In this document: positions 41,321-50,864 of the stretch, in pieces
Layout: the number at the start of each line of letters is the position of its first letter
How positions within the stretch are numbered: the first letter of the stretch is position 1
From: an uncultured delta proteobacterium
GTDB lineage: Bacteria > Desulfobacterota > Syntrophia > Syntrophales > UBA2185
Direction of reading: 5' to 3'
DNA length: 64,000 bases
Assembly: GCA_963729715.1 (NCBI GenBank)
Contig: CAVSPA010000003.1
Span: 1 to 64,000, forward strand
Notes under the pieces: generated by a model
Told to the model about the DNA's origin: nothing
Databases searched by the model: none
What the model saw: the letters and a program-made list of their open reading frames with translations, nothing else
Program-made: the position numbers and the translations under genes

Positions 41321-41578
41321 ATGCCAGAAAGCGATATTGAATTTGAAGAATTTGAGTGTTCAAAAATAGGTACTGAAGTCACGATTACTCGTCAAGTTTT
41401 CCTTCATAGGAACGCTTTAACAGATAAAGTGAATGGAAGGGCTATAGTAGATATAGATTGTGATCACAACATGGACTGCGGTGTCGGCAAGAGAAATGGG
41501 GACAATACAATTTACGACTGGAATAAGTGTGTTCACCCGGATTTAAGAGAAAGAAATATTCGAAAAGCCAATGAATGA
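41321..41578 (+). CDS. Small Cys-containing hypothetical protein
   Basis: 85-aa ORF in operon context. Confidence 0.55.
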   Translation: MPESDIEFEEFECSKIGTEVTITRQVFLHRNALTDKVNGRAIVDIDCDHNMDCGVGKRNGDNTIYDWNKCVHPDLRERNIRKANE

Positions 41579-41673
41579 ACTTCCCATGAGAAAATCAATT
41601 CTAACCTCAACCATTGTTCTGTTTCTCAGTACACTGCTTGAGGGCTCTTGTGATCCCCAAAAGGAGGAGAGTC

Positions 41674-42438
41674 ATGGACGCTGAATTTAAGGAAAGATTT
41701 TTACAAAACTGGAACAGATATTTTCCCGGTGCTGAATTACCTATCGGGTTTTATTATTCCGATACGGCCGAACTGAAATTTATGGCCAAACCACCCAAAG
41801 GACACCGTTGCATTATTGGAGATTTAGCGAAAGTCAGGAACGGGAAAACCCTATGCTTTGACACCCATACGATTGGTTGCGGCGGCGGTAAACGATACCT
41901 TGGATTCGAGAGCAAACAAGCACCCAATTTTGAATATTTTCTATCTTATGGAATTCCCGGCAAACTGGAAGGAGAAAGGTATAAGAAATCACCGGAACTT
42001 GTCAAAGAACATATGAACTACCAGAAGCCGTCAAAAGCACCCGGAGACTATATTATCTTCAAAAGATGGGATCAGATGGAGGATAGGGATAAGCCTTTGG
42101 TGGTTATTTTCTTTGCCCCACCTGATGTCCTTTCCGGTCTTTTTACGCTGGCTAATTATGATGAACCGCAGCCCAACGGCGTCATTGCCCCTTTTGGTGC
42201 TGGATGTGCATCTATTGTTGATTATCCCTATAAAGAACTTGAATCTTCTGAGCCACGTGCCGTGTTAGGCATGTTTGATGTTTCAGCACGCCCCTGCGTT
42301 TCATCCAATGTACTGAGCTTTGCTGTTCCCTGGCCGAAATATGTCCGCATGGTGGATAACATGAAAGAGAGCTTCCTCATCACCAAATCGTGGGATAAAG
42401 TAAGAATGAGAATGAAAAGAGACAAGGAATGCTCTTAA
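41674..42438 (+). CDS. DUF169 family protein
   Basis: Near-identical to 11939; AGGAGG RBS before ATG 41674. Confidence 0.8.
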   Translation: MDAEFKERFLQNWNRYFPGAELPIGFYYSDTAELKFMAKPPKGHRCIIGDLAKVRNGKTLCFDTHTIGCGGGKRYLGFESKQAPNFEYFLSYGIPGKLEGERYKKSPELVKEHMNYQKPSKAPGDYIIFKRWDQMEDRDKPLVVIFFAPPDVLSGLFTLANYDEPQPNGVIAPFGAGCASIVDYPYKELESSEPRAVLGMFDVSARPCVSSNVLSFAVPWPKYVRMVDNMKESFLITKSWDKVRMRMKRDKECS

Positions 42439-42496
42439 TCATCAATCTCTATAATAAATGATCGAAATAAATTGTTCCGAGATAAGGCGGTAAACA

Positions 42497-42673
42497 ATGG
42501 CCGAAAAATTTGATCCCCAAGAGCTTGTGAGTTTTAGAGAGATGCTTATGACCGAAGTCATCACATCTGAAGCCATCATCAATCTTCTGGATAAAAAAGG
42601 CAGCATTAGCAAGCTGGAACTTATGAAAGAGATGAAACGTGTTCAGGCATCCATGACTAAGGGTGAAAAGTGA
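42497..42673 (+). CDS. 58-aa protein missing from the ORF track, homologue of 54212-54433
   Basis: MAEKFDPQELVSFREMLMTEVITSEAIINLLDKKGSISKLELMKEMKRVQASMTKGEK. Confidence 0.75.
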   Translation: MAEKFDPQELVSFREMLMTEVITSEAIINLLDKKGSISKLELMKEMKRVQASMTKGEK

Positions 42674-42707
42674 TTAAACCACCTGGAGAGTTAAAAGTCA
42701 CATTTCA

Positions 42708-42899
42708 GTAAACTACCACCGACCTTGTCGGTGGCCTTTAAAATGCGGCAAGCCTACGGACAATGTCCTTCGCCTTGCCTGATAAGGGTTGAAACGGCTA
42801 TTCTAAAATATTGTTCACCAACATTGTTGGTTCACTGAAGGTGTGGGGCCTCCGCCCCCACGCCCCACCACTGACATTGTCAGTGGTTTTGACAGATAA
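42708..42899 (-). mobile_element. Second copy of the 192-bp IS200/IS605-like element
   Basis: Reverse complement of 23888-24079 with differences mainly in the central AT-rich part; follows TTTAT on the minus strand. Confidence 0.8.
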
Positions 42900-42914
42900 A
42901 TAAAGGAGAGAAAT

Positions 42915-43205
42915 ATGGCAGACAAACCCGATCCGAAGCAACCCGCACAGATTCAGATTAATACCGTTGATGAAATATCGAGAGGCAGATACAGAAATTT
43001 GATGCTGGTATCACATAGCCCGGAAGAGTTCATGCTTGACTGGCTCTTAAACTCACCCAATGGCACTCACTTGGTTTCAAGAATAATATTAAGTCCGGGC
43101 AATGTGAAGAGAGCGATCGAAGCCCTAACGATAAACCTGAAACAGTATGAAGATAAATTCGGGACTGTGAAACTAATTGATCCGGGAGAGCAGAAGGTTC
43201 ATTAA
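42915..43205 (+). CDS. DUF3467-like protein
   Basis: G.Y.N...V.HS.EEF.LD, SRII.SP..VK....AL..N...YE..FG. Confidence 0.8.
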   Translation: MADKPDPKQPAQIQINTVDEISRGRYRNLMLVSHSPEEFMLDWLLNSPNGTHLVSRIILSPGNVKRAIEALTINLKQYEDKFGTVKLIDPGEQKVH

Positions 43206-43559
43206 CGTAATATGAGAAAGAATTGCAAAGAATGAAATCCTGTCTTAACCAGAAAGGAACGGGAGAATCGACTGCAGAGAAAAATGAAAGAGAAATGTAA
43301 ATTGTTGAGATAATCGGATCAATAGTTTGCCGCTCCATACCCCGGCGCACGCGTTATTTGTTTGTTACGGGCCGACTCCTCGCACGATCATATCTCTTCC
43401 TTATGCCCTTATGTGCCCTGAACCATACTTGAGTTTACAGCCATTGTCATATCGAGTCGTGATTATTGACTTCACCTACCTATACGTAACATAATCTGAT
43501 TTCGCTATTGATATTAATGTGTTAAGTTGTGTTTAAGATCTCATAGTTTTGTTCTTTCG

Positions 43560-44453
43560 TCAAGGATTATCTGGGTTGCAAGCCGTTCGTTGCATGATCA
43601 CCTCCATGGCTTTAAAGTAATCTCTCTGTACTTTGATGTTTGATACACGGCAGTATCGTTGTGTCGTTCTGATTGAGTTGTGTCCCAGGAGATCCTGGAT
43701 GGTGGAGAGATCAGTGTCGGCGTTCAACATCTGTGTGGCCATCGTGTGCCGTAAATGATGACAGGATATTTTTAAACCCGTCCTGCGGGCATAATATTCC
43801 ATACGCTTCTGGATACCGCGAATGGAGATGGGCTGCCCGGTGAGAGGCCCTTTCTCTACCAGAAAAACTTTTTTTACTTTATTGGCCGGTCTCACCCTTA
43901 TGTATTCCAGGAGTACACGGAGGGCGTCGTTGCTGATATAGACGATCCGGTCCTTGGCGCCCTTGCCATCCTGAATGAGTAACGTTCTGCGTTTAATATC
44001 TATGCTGCCGAGAGAAAGATGGGCAACTTCTTCCACCCGTAATCCGCACCGCAGCATGAGCATGAACATGGCGTGATCCCGGCGCCCCTTCAGGTTTTGA
44101 AAGAGAACCTCTATCTGTTCTTCCTTCAGGTGCCTGGGAAGTGAACGGGGGAGCTTCATGATATTCGGCTTTCTCACGGGATTGATAACATGGATTCCTT
44201 CCTCCTCAGATAGATAGTGGTAAAACTGGCAGACAGTGTTCAGGTAGCAGTTGATCGTCTTCGGCCTTAACCTCCTGCCGAGCAGGTAGTCAGTATACTC
44301 CCCGATTTTCCTGTAAGTGACGTCTTCTATAGGCACGTCAAGCCAGAGAACAAAGTGTCTCAGACCGTGTAAATAGCTCTTAATGGAATTAGGCGAGACG
44401 TTCCTCCTCTTCAGGAATCGTCTGTACCTGATGATCGAATCGGTAACGGTCAT
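43560..44453 (-). CDS. Tyrosine recombinase (XerC/D-like)
   Basis: CGLRVEE, GKG.K, HHLRH, LGH, TQRY. Confidence 0.92.
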   Translation of the reverse strand: MTVTDSIIRYRRFLKRRNVSPNSIKSYLHGLRHFVLWLDVPIEDVTYRKIGEYTDYLLGRRLRPKTINCYLNTVCQFYHYLSEEEGIHVINPVRKPNIMKLPRSLPRHLKEEQIEVLFQNLKGRRDHAMFMLMLRCGLRVEEVAHLSLGSIDIKRRTLLIQDGKGAKDRIVYISNDALRVLLEYIRVRPANKVKKVFLVEKGPLTGQPISIRGIQKRMEYYARRTGLKISCHHLRHTMATQMLNADTDLSTIQDLLGHNSIRTTQRYCRVSNIKVQRDYFKAMEVIMQRTACNPDNP

Positions 44454-45544
44454 CTGCCTTCCCCCCTTTCTATGATCGACATGGCCCTGAAGTATTCTTC
44501 CTCTCTTGTCTTGTCGGTGAGCCTTGCATAGCGCCGCGTCACGTCCAGGGAACTGTGTCCCATCAGCGGCTGAAGATGTTCGATACGCATGCCGGCGTTT
44601 AACAGCTCGCTGGCAAAGGTGTGACGAAGTGCATGCAGGGAATACCCCTTATGAGTGAGACCGGCTTTCGTGAGACACCGTTCAAAGATAAGGTAGGCCG
44701 TGCTGTAGGACATGCTCTTCGTGCCCGTGGCGTAAAAGAGAAACTCCTTTTGAGGGTCTCTCATTTTGAGCCATGCCTTCAAAGCGCTCAGCGCATCATC
44801 GCTTAAATACACAACCCGCCCCAGCCGGTTCTTCTCGCCTTCATAAATATCAATCTTGCGGTCCCTCAGGTGGAGATCATGTATCTTTGTATTGAGCAGT
44901 TCGCCGATCCTCATCCCCGTCCGTAAAAGAACCATAATCATGGCACGGTCTTTCGGATTGTCGATAACGGAAAGTAGTTGCTTAACATCGTCGGGGTCCA
45001 TGGCTCTCGGTAATGTCTCGGGCTTTTTCAGACGAATCCGTCTCGCCAGAACAGCCGCACCGACAACCCCGGCGTCCATCGCATAGCCCAAAAAGGCGTT
45101 GACGCAGTGCAGTCTCGTACGCACCGTCGAGATCTTCATGCCCCGGTCCTGCTCATGTTCGATGAACGCTTCAATGTCATTCTTGCTGATCTCCTCCAAA
45201 CGTGTCTTCCCCGCAGCCCTGACGCCTTTCAGAAAGTCGTGAATGGCATTAAGGGCACTCTCATATGTCCTCGGCCGGAAGTTCCGCCGGTACATGCCCC
45301 GGATATACTCCTCAACATGCCCTTTGCCTGGCAGTTCCCAGCCTGCGAGGCGATCCAATGCCCGGCGAAGGGCTTTCGCCTCCTGCGTGTATTCAGGATA
45401 AAATACCTTCCCTGATTTTCCTCTATAGATCTCGGGTAAAATAACGGGGGGGAGAAACCCTGCATCCAGATCGCTGCTTCCAAAATCTGCCAGGGGTTCT
45501 TTCTCTGATGTGATACTGCAATTTTCTGTGGTCATCTGGTCCAT
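44450..45544 (-). CDS. Tyrosine recombinase (XerC/D-like)
   Basis: TGMRIGE, EKN, HALRH, MGH, RRY; ATGA overlap with partner. Confidence 0.92.
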   Translation of the reverse strand: MDQMTTENCSITSEKEPLADFGSSDLDAGFLPPVILPEIYRGKSGKVFYPEYTQEAKALRRALDRLAGWELPGKGHVEEYIRGMYRRNFRPRTYESALNAIHDFLKGVRAAGKTRLEEISKNDIEAFIEHEQDRGMKISTVRTRLHCVNAFLGYAMDAGVVGAAVLARRIRLKKPETLPRAMDPDDVKQLLSVIDNPKDRAMIMVLLRTGMRIGELLNTKIHDLHLRDRKIDIYEGEKNRLGRVVYLSDDALSALKAWLKMRDPQKEFLFYATGTKSMSYSTAYLIFERCLTKAGLTHKGYSLHALRHTFASELLNAGMRIEHLQPLMGHSSLDVTRRYARLTDKTREEEYFRAMSIIERGEGR

Positions 45545-45699
45545 CGCTATCTCCTTTCCTTTAATTCAATAGGAAATACAGATAGATGATGACCATCAGA
45601 ACATTAACTGTCAATCATCATTTTGTTACGTATAGCATCCTCAAGTCCTCAATTCATGTAATGGGATTATACCGATGATTACGACTTGAAATGCTCAAA

Positions 45700-45740
45700 C
45701 AAAAAAAGGCAAAGCCAATTTGACTATGCCTTTTGTTTTA
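45700..45740. terminator. Probable bidirectional terminator
   Basis: AAAAAAAGGCA...TGCCTTTTGTTTT downstream of acyl-CoA dehydrogenase. Confidence 0.5.
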
Positions 45741-45802
45741 AAGATTTTGAACGGCGCCGTTCCCCTGAGACACAGCCGAGGTCGCATCTACGCGGTGTCG
45801 GT

Positions 45803-47053
45803 TTATTCGTAGATGATCTCGTCGTCGGCGTCCGCTTCCTTGGCGTCGCGTTCGAACTCCCGGGCAAGGCGCGCGGCTTTCGTCTTGAAGAATTCCCTAT
45901 ACCACTCATGGGCGGTGATCACGGACATAACCTCGCTGGTGCCAGTCCAGATCGACGCCAGCCGCACATCGCGGGAGATGCGTTCGATGGGGAAGACATT
46001 GGTATAACCGATGCCACCCATAACCTGCATGGCGTTGTGAACCACCTTTTGGCACGATTCTGTGATGAATTTTTTCGATTCCGAAACCATCCTGCGGACT
46101 CGGTTCATCTCGACGCCTGAGTCCACGGCCCGGGCCGTGACATAGGCCATGGAGCGGGCGGCGTCGAGCAGCATGACCGCTTCGGCGATCTGGAAACTTA
46201 CCCCCTCGAACTGGGCGATGACCTGCCCGAAGGCCTTCCGGCGCGACGTATAGTTCGTCGCGATGTCCAGAGCCGGACGGGCCGCCCCGATGGTCATGGA
46301 CGCCGCACCGAGGCGTTCCGGGATCATCATCGTGTTGAAGACGTCATAGGCGCCGTTGATCTTGCCAATGACGTTTTCCTTGGGGACCTTCGCATCCTTG
46401 AAGACTAAGCGAGCCGTGCCGCCGCCGCGGCAGCCCATGAGACCGTAGAGATACTTAGTCTCGACGCCGGGGCCACGGTCAACGATCAGGGCGGTCAGGC
46501 TGTCCTGGGATTTGGCGGCAGGATCGAAATTGGTCCGCGCATAGAGCATGAAATAATCGGCCCCTTCGCCGCCGACGATGAAACGTTTCTGGCCGTTGAC
46601 GAGAAAATGATCCCCCCGGTCCTCGGCCTTGGTCGCAGCGCCGAAGAAATCCGAGCCGCCGCGCGGTTCCGTCAGGCATTCAGCGGCGAAGAGTTCCCCC
46701 CGCAGGAGGGGTTTGACGTATTTTTCTTTCTGACCCTCCGTACCGTGGAGGATGATGGCGTCGCAGACCAGCTCGGCGCCGACGCCGAAGACGCAGGCAA
46801 ATTCGTATCCCAAGGTGCCGATCTCCTCCATGAGCATGCACGTCGTCACCCAGTCCATATCTCGGCCACCCCATTGTTTCGGGTAGCGGCAACCCAGGAG
46901 GTTGCGCCGGCCCGCTTCGGCGAGGAACTCTTTTGGAAACTTGATCGTGTCCGTGTCCATATCCAAGATCATCTGCCGCGGCACCCACTTCACGAGCTCC
47001 CGGGCCTCGTCCCTGATCTTCAATTGTTCTTTCGTCAGCATGTAGTCAAACAT
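45803..47053 (-). CDS. Acyl-CoA dehydrogenase
   Basis: LTEPRGGSD, NGQKRFI, R.AFG, QVMGG.GY, IWTGTSE. Confidence 0.95.
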   Translation of the reverse strand: MFDYMLTKEQLKIRDEARELVKWVPRQMILDMDTDTIKFPKEFLAEAGRRNLLGCRYPKQWGGRDMDWVTTCMLMEEIGTLGYEFACVFGVGAELVCDAIILHGTEGQKEKYVKPLLRGELFAAECLTEPRGGSDFFGAATKAEDRGDHFLVNGQKRFIVGGEGADYFMLYARTNFDPAAKSQDSLTALIVDRGPGVETKYLYGLMGCRGGGTARLVFKDAKVPKENVIGKINGAYDVFNTMMIPERLGAASMTIGAARPALDIATNYTSRRKAFGQVIAQFEGVSFQIAEAVMLLDAARSMAYVTARAVDSGVEMNRVRRMVSESKKFITESCQKVVHNAMQVMGGIGYTNVFPIERISRDVRLASIWTGTSEVMSVITAHEWYREFFKTKAARLAREFERDAKEADADDEIIYE

Positions 47054-47495
47054 AACGAACTCCTTTTCAGTGGTTGTTGTTTTTAAGTCACCTTATCCCC
47101 AAAAGAATTATTATATGGAAGCCGTTTCTATTTATATCCAATTGTAACATAAAACAAAAGGGTAAAATAGAAAGATCAAGACTTCAACAAGGAAGGACTG
47201 TGTGTTTTTCTTTTAGACTTACCAGGGCAAACCTTTTTGTTGGCTTCACAAAGTGTGTTACTTACCTTATGGGTGATAGCAAGGCTTACCGCTCGTAATC
47301 TCCCAGCCATAGTATATTCTATATCCCCTAAAAATAACTTGACAATCTACCAGCTAATCTTTAAGCATAAAATTACATAGATATTTTCCGCCACTTGATT
47401 GACGACCAGAGGCATCTGCACAGGTAGTTCCGAGCTATAATGGTATATCCTCTCTGAGGCACGAACGGCACCACTTTCAAAAAAGGTCATCAGAG

Positions 47496-50400
47496 ATGCA
47501 ATGTCCCAAATGCCAATTTGAAAATTCTGCTTCTGCTCGGTTCTGTGTCGAGTGCGGTGGCAAGCTGGAAATCGTATGCGCGAATTGCGGCACGAATAAT
47601 TATCCGAGTCACAAGTTCTGCAGCGACTGCGGGCTCGTATTAGTCACCATCTCGGGTCCTTCCTCTAAAGATTTGTCCTTCGATGAGAAACTCCAGAAAA
47701 TCCAGAAGTACCTCCCCAAAGGCATTACAGATAAGATCCTCTCCCAGCGTGACAAGATAGAAGGTGAACGAAAACAAGTAACTGTCATGTTCTGCGACAT
47801 GAAAGGCTTTACTCCCCTTGCTGATAAACTCGGTCCTGAAGAGCTGTATGGCATGATGGATCAGGTCTACGAGATCCTCATCAAAAAAGTTCATGACTAC
47901 GAAGGGACGGTCAACGAGATGACCGGTGACGGGGTTATGGCCTTATTTGGAGCCCCTATAGCACTTGAGGATGCCCCACAGCGAGCCATAAGATCTGCCA
48001 TGGCAATCCACCGGGAGATGACAAGGTTCAATGAGAAGGTAAGACAGGAAAAGGGAGATATACCACACCTCAAGATGAGAGTTGGTATCCATACGGGCCC
48101 TGTAGTGGTAGGTACCCTTGGAAACGACTTGAGAGTAGAGTTCAAGGCAGTCGGGGATACCGTCAATCTGGCCTCCCGTATGGAATCCCTTGCCGAACCC
48201 GGAACAACCTATGTTTCTGATGATACCTTCAAGCTTACCGAAGGCCTGTTCCGTTTTGAGGCCTTGGGAGAAAAAGATATCAGGGGAAAGAGGAAGCCCC
48301 TTAAAGTCTACCAGGTCATCGCCCCCAGCAGCAGAAGAACCAGATTCGACGTGAGTGCGGAAAGGGGTCTGACGCCATTTGTGGGAAGGGAAAGAGAACT
48401 GGAGCTCCTGTTAGATGGCTTTGAACGATCCAAGGAAGGCAGAGGCCAGGCTATCTCCATCATATCCGATGCAGGCATCGGTAAATCAAGACTCCTCTAT
48501 GAGTTCCGAAAGGCCGTGACCAATGAATGTGTAACCTTCCTTGAAGGGAGATGCCTATCCTACAGCCGCAATGTGGCCTACCATCCTGTAGTCGATGTAT
48601 TGAAGGCAAACTTCGATATTCAGGATAACGATACTGACCAGGAGATAAGAGAAAAGGTCACGAGATTATTAAAAGCTATCCGTGTAGATGAAGCCTCAAC
48701 ACTCCCCTATCTATTAGAGCTTCTTTCTGTGAAAGAGAGCGGTATTGACAAGATCCCCATGAGTCCCGAAGCCATAAGGGACAGAACATTAGAAGCACTC
48801 AAAAGAATCGTCCTCAAGGGATCGGAAATCCGACCTCTCATAATGGCAATAGAAGACCTCCATTGGCTGGATAGGAGTTCCGAGGATACCTTCAAATATC
48901 TGCTGGAAAGCATCTCAGCAGCGGGAGTATTGCTCATCTTCACCTACAGACCTGAGTTTATCCATACCTGGGGGAGCCGCTCCTATCATAGCCAGGTCAC
49001 GCTAAACAAACTCTCCAACCGCGAATCCCTCGCTATGGCAAACTGCATACTTGGCACCCCTAATATTGACAGAGAACTGGAAGAGCTGATCCTGCAAAAG
49101 ACAGAGGGTATCCCTTTCTTCCTTGAGGAGTTCATAAAGTCCCTGAAAGATCTCAAGGTCATCGAGAGAAAGAACAATACATATCAGTTGTCAAAGAACG
49201 TCCAGAAGCTCACTATCCCTTCCACGATCCAGGATGTGATCATGGCACGGGTGGACAACCTTCCCGAGGGAGCAAGGGAAGTCCTGAGAACAGGTTCTGT
49301 CATCGAGAGAGAGTTCAGCTATGATCTCATCCAGAAGATAACAGGCCTTCCCGAAAAAGAGCTGCTCTCCGACCTCTCTATATTGAAAGATTCCGAACTC
49401 GTCTTTGAAAGAGGCATCTACCCGGATTCTGCCTGCATCTTTAAGCACGCTCTCACAAGAGAGGTGGTCTACGATTCCATTTTGACAAAGAAGAAAAGAC
49501 AGCTCCACGAAAAGATCGCCCGAACAATGGAAGACATCTATAAAGAAGATATCTGTTACCACTATGGTGTTCTGGCCGATCATTGCATTGCGAGTGAGAA
49601 TTACGAGAAGGGGGCGGAGTATGCGAGGTTGGAAGCAAAGAGATTCCAGAAGGCTGCTTCATTCAGAGATGCCATTGAGTATGCGAAGAAGAGCGTGCAG
49701 AGCTGGGAAAAGCTGCCCCAGACGGAAGCAATACAGAAAAAAATCATTGATGCAAGGATAACGCTTGCGAATTATTATTTAAATATGAATTTCCATTCTC
49801 ATGCAAGAGAGGCCGTTGAACCTATTCTTGATTTGGCTTTGACGTTAAATTATCGAAAAAGACTTCCTGCAATATACACATCAATCGGGCTTTATTATCT
49901 CTGGGTTGAAGAGGACAGACATAAAGGACTTACATTTATTGACAAGGCAACTACAATTGCAGAAGAGGTTGAAGACTATCTTTCATGGTGGGCTGCACTC
50001 TATCAATCAGGTACTTTCCTGCCCTTCATTTCGGAATTCAAAGATGCCCACAAACGTCTTAAACGATGTCTAGATTTTAGCCTATCGGCAAACCATAAAA
50101 TGGGAATAGCATTTTCCAAAATTTCTATTTCTGTGTGCTATCAGGTTGAGGGAAAGACGAATCCTGCTCATCAATTTGCTCAGGAAACATTGGAACTAGC
50201 AAAAGAAACAGGCGATGCCTTTATCAAAGGAATGGCATACGCTAATTATGGTACGTCTTGTTATTACAAAGGATTATTTGATGAGGCAAAAACCCATTTT
50301 TCAGAATTTACTTCTTCATATGAAAAGTCGGCCCCCATTTCTTGGATTGTATGGGCTTATGCAAGCTTGGGATTATTGCATATTGATTTGGGAGAATATG

Positions 50401-50864
50401 ACGATGCAGTGAGCTGTTATAAAAAAATAATTTCAATCATGGAAGACGTCAGTTTTATGCCTTCCATAATTAAACATTATCAATTATGCTTGGTAAGAGC
50501 TAAAGTGTTAAGACATCATAGTGATATAGAATTAAATGAATTATTTGGATTCCATCAAAATAATAAATTCAAGTTTTGTGAAGGCTGGATGGCCCGTAAT
50601 ATAGGAGATGTCCTGTTAAATATGGACGATAATCACTTTTCTGATGCAGCGGTCTGGTTTCAGAAGGCAATCGAAGCAGACACGAGAAACGGAGTGAGGT
50701 GGCAGTTAGCGAGTGATCATGCCTCTTATGCCGACTGGTTCAGGAGGAAAGGTGACAGGCTTAAGGCTAGGGAAAATTTCCAGAAGGCCATTAACATCTT
50801 CGAAGAAGGAGGTGCCGATGGTTGGGTGAATCGAATTCAGAAGTCCCTGGCGGAACTTGCCTGA
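47496..50864 (+). CDS. Double zinc ribbon - class III cyclase - AAA/STAND ATPase - TPR protein
   Basis: CxxC pairs; VMFCD..GF, GDG.MALF, GDTVN.ASR; GIGKSRL; IEDLHW; TPR-like helical C-terminus. Confidence 0.92.
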   Translation: MQCPKCQFENSASARFCVECGGKLEIVCANCGTNNYPSHKFCSDCGLVLVTISGPSSKDLSFDEKLQKIQKYLPKGITDKILSQRDKIEGERKQVTVMFCDMKGFTPLADKLGPEELYGMMDQVYEILIKKVHDYEGTVNEMTGDGVMALFGAPIALEDAPQRAIRSAMAIHREMTRFNEKVRQEKGDIPHLKMRVGIHTGPVVVGTLGNDLRVEFKAVGDTVNLASRMESLAEPGTTYVSDDTFKLTEGLFRFEALGEKDIRGKRKPLKVYQVIAPSSRRTRFDVSAERGLTPFVGRERELELLLDGFERSKEGRGQAISIISDAGIGKSRLLYEFRKAVTNECVTFLEGRCLSYSRNVAYHPVVDVLKANFDIQDNDTDQEIREKVTRLLKAIRVDEASTLPYLLELLSVKESGIDKIPMSPEAIRDRTLEALKRIVLKGSEIRPLIMAIEDLHWLDRSSEDTFKYLLESISAAGVLLIFTYRPEFIHTWGSRSYHSQVTLNKLSNRESLAMANCILGTPNIDRELEELILQKTEGIPFFLEEFIKSLKDLKVIERKNNTYQLSKNVQKLTIPSTIQDVIMARVDNLPEGAREVLRTGSVIEREFSYDLIQKITGLPEKELLSDLSILKDSELVFERGIYPDSACIFKHALTREVVYDSILTKKKRQLHEKIARTMEDIYKEDICYHYGVLADHCIASENYEKGAEYARLEAKRFQKAASFRDAIEYAKKSVQSWEKLPQTEAIQKKIIDARITLANYYLNMNFHSHAREAVEPILDLALTLNYRKRLPAIYTSIGLYYLWVEEDRHKGLTFIDKATTIAEEVEDYLSWWAALYQSGTFLPFISEFKDAHKRLKRCLDFSLSANHKMGIAFSKISISVCYQVEGKTNPAHQFAQETLELAKETGDAFIKGMAYANYGTSCYYKGLFDEAKTHFSEFTSSYEKSAPISWIVWAYASLGLLHIDLGEYDDAVSCYKKIISIMEDVSFMPSIIKHYQLCLVRAKVLRHHSDIELNELFGFHQNNKFKFCEGWMARNIGDVLLNMDDNHFSDAAVWFQKAIEADTRNGVRWQLASDHASYADWFRRKGDRLKARENFQKAINIFEEGGADGWVNRIQKSLAELA

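Larger units (their letters stand above)
43480..45635 (-). mobile_element. Two-tyrosine-recombinase element with 16-bp terminal inverted repeats
   Basis: CTATACGTAACATAAT / ATTTTGTTACGTATAG enclose only the two recombinase genes. Confidence 0.7.

Noticed and set aside
47224..47292. c-di-GMP-I riboswitch suggested by GGGCAAACC
   Set aside because: Missing the GAAA tetraloop stem and GCAAAGC/receptor elements
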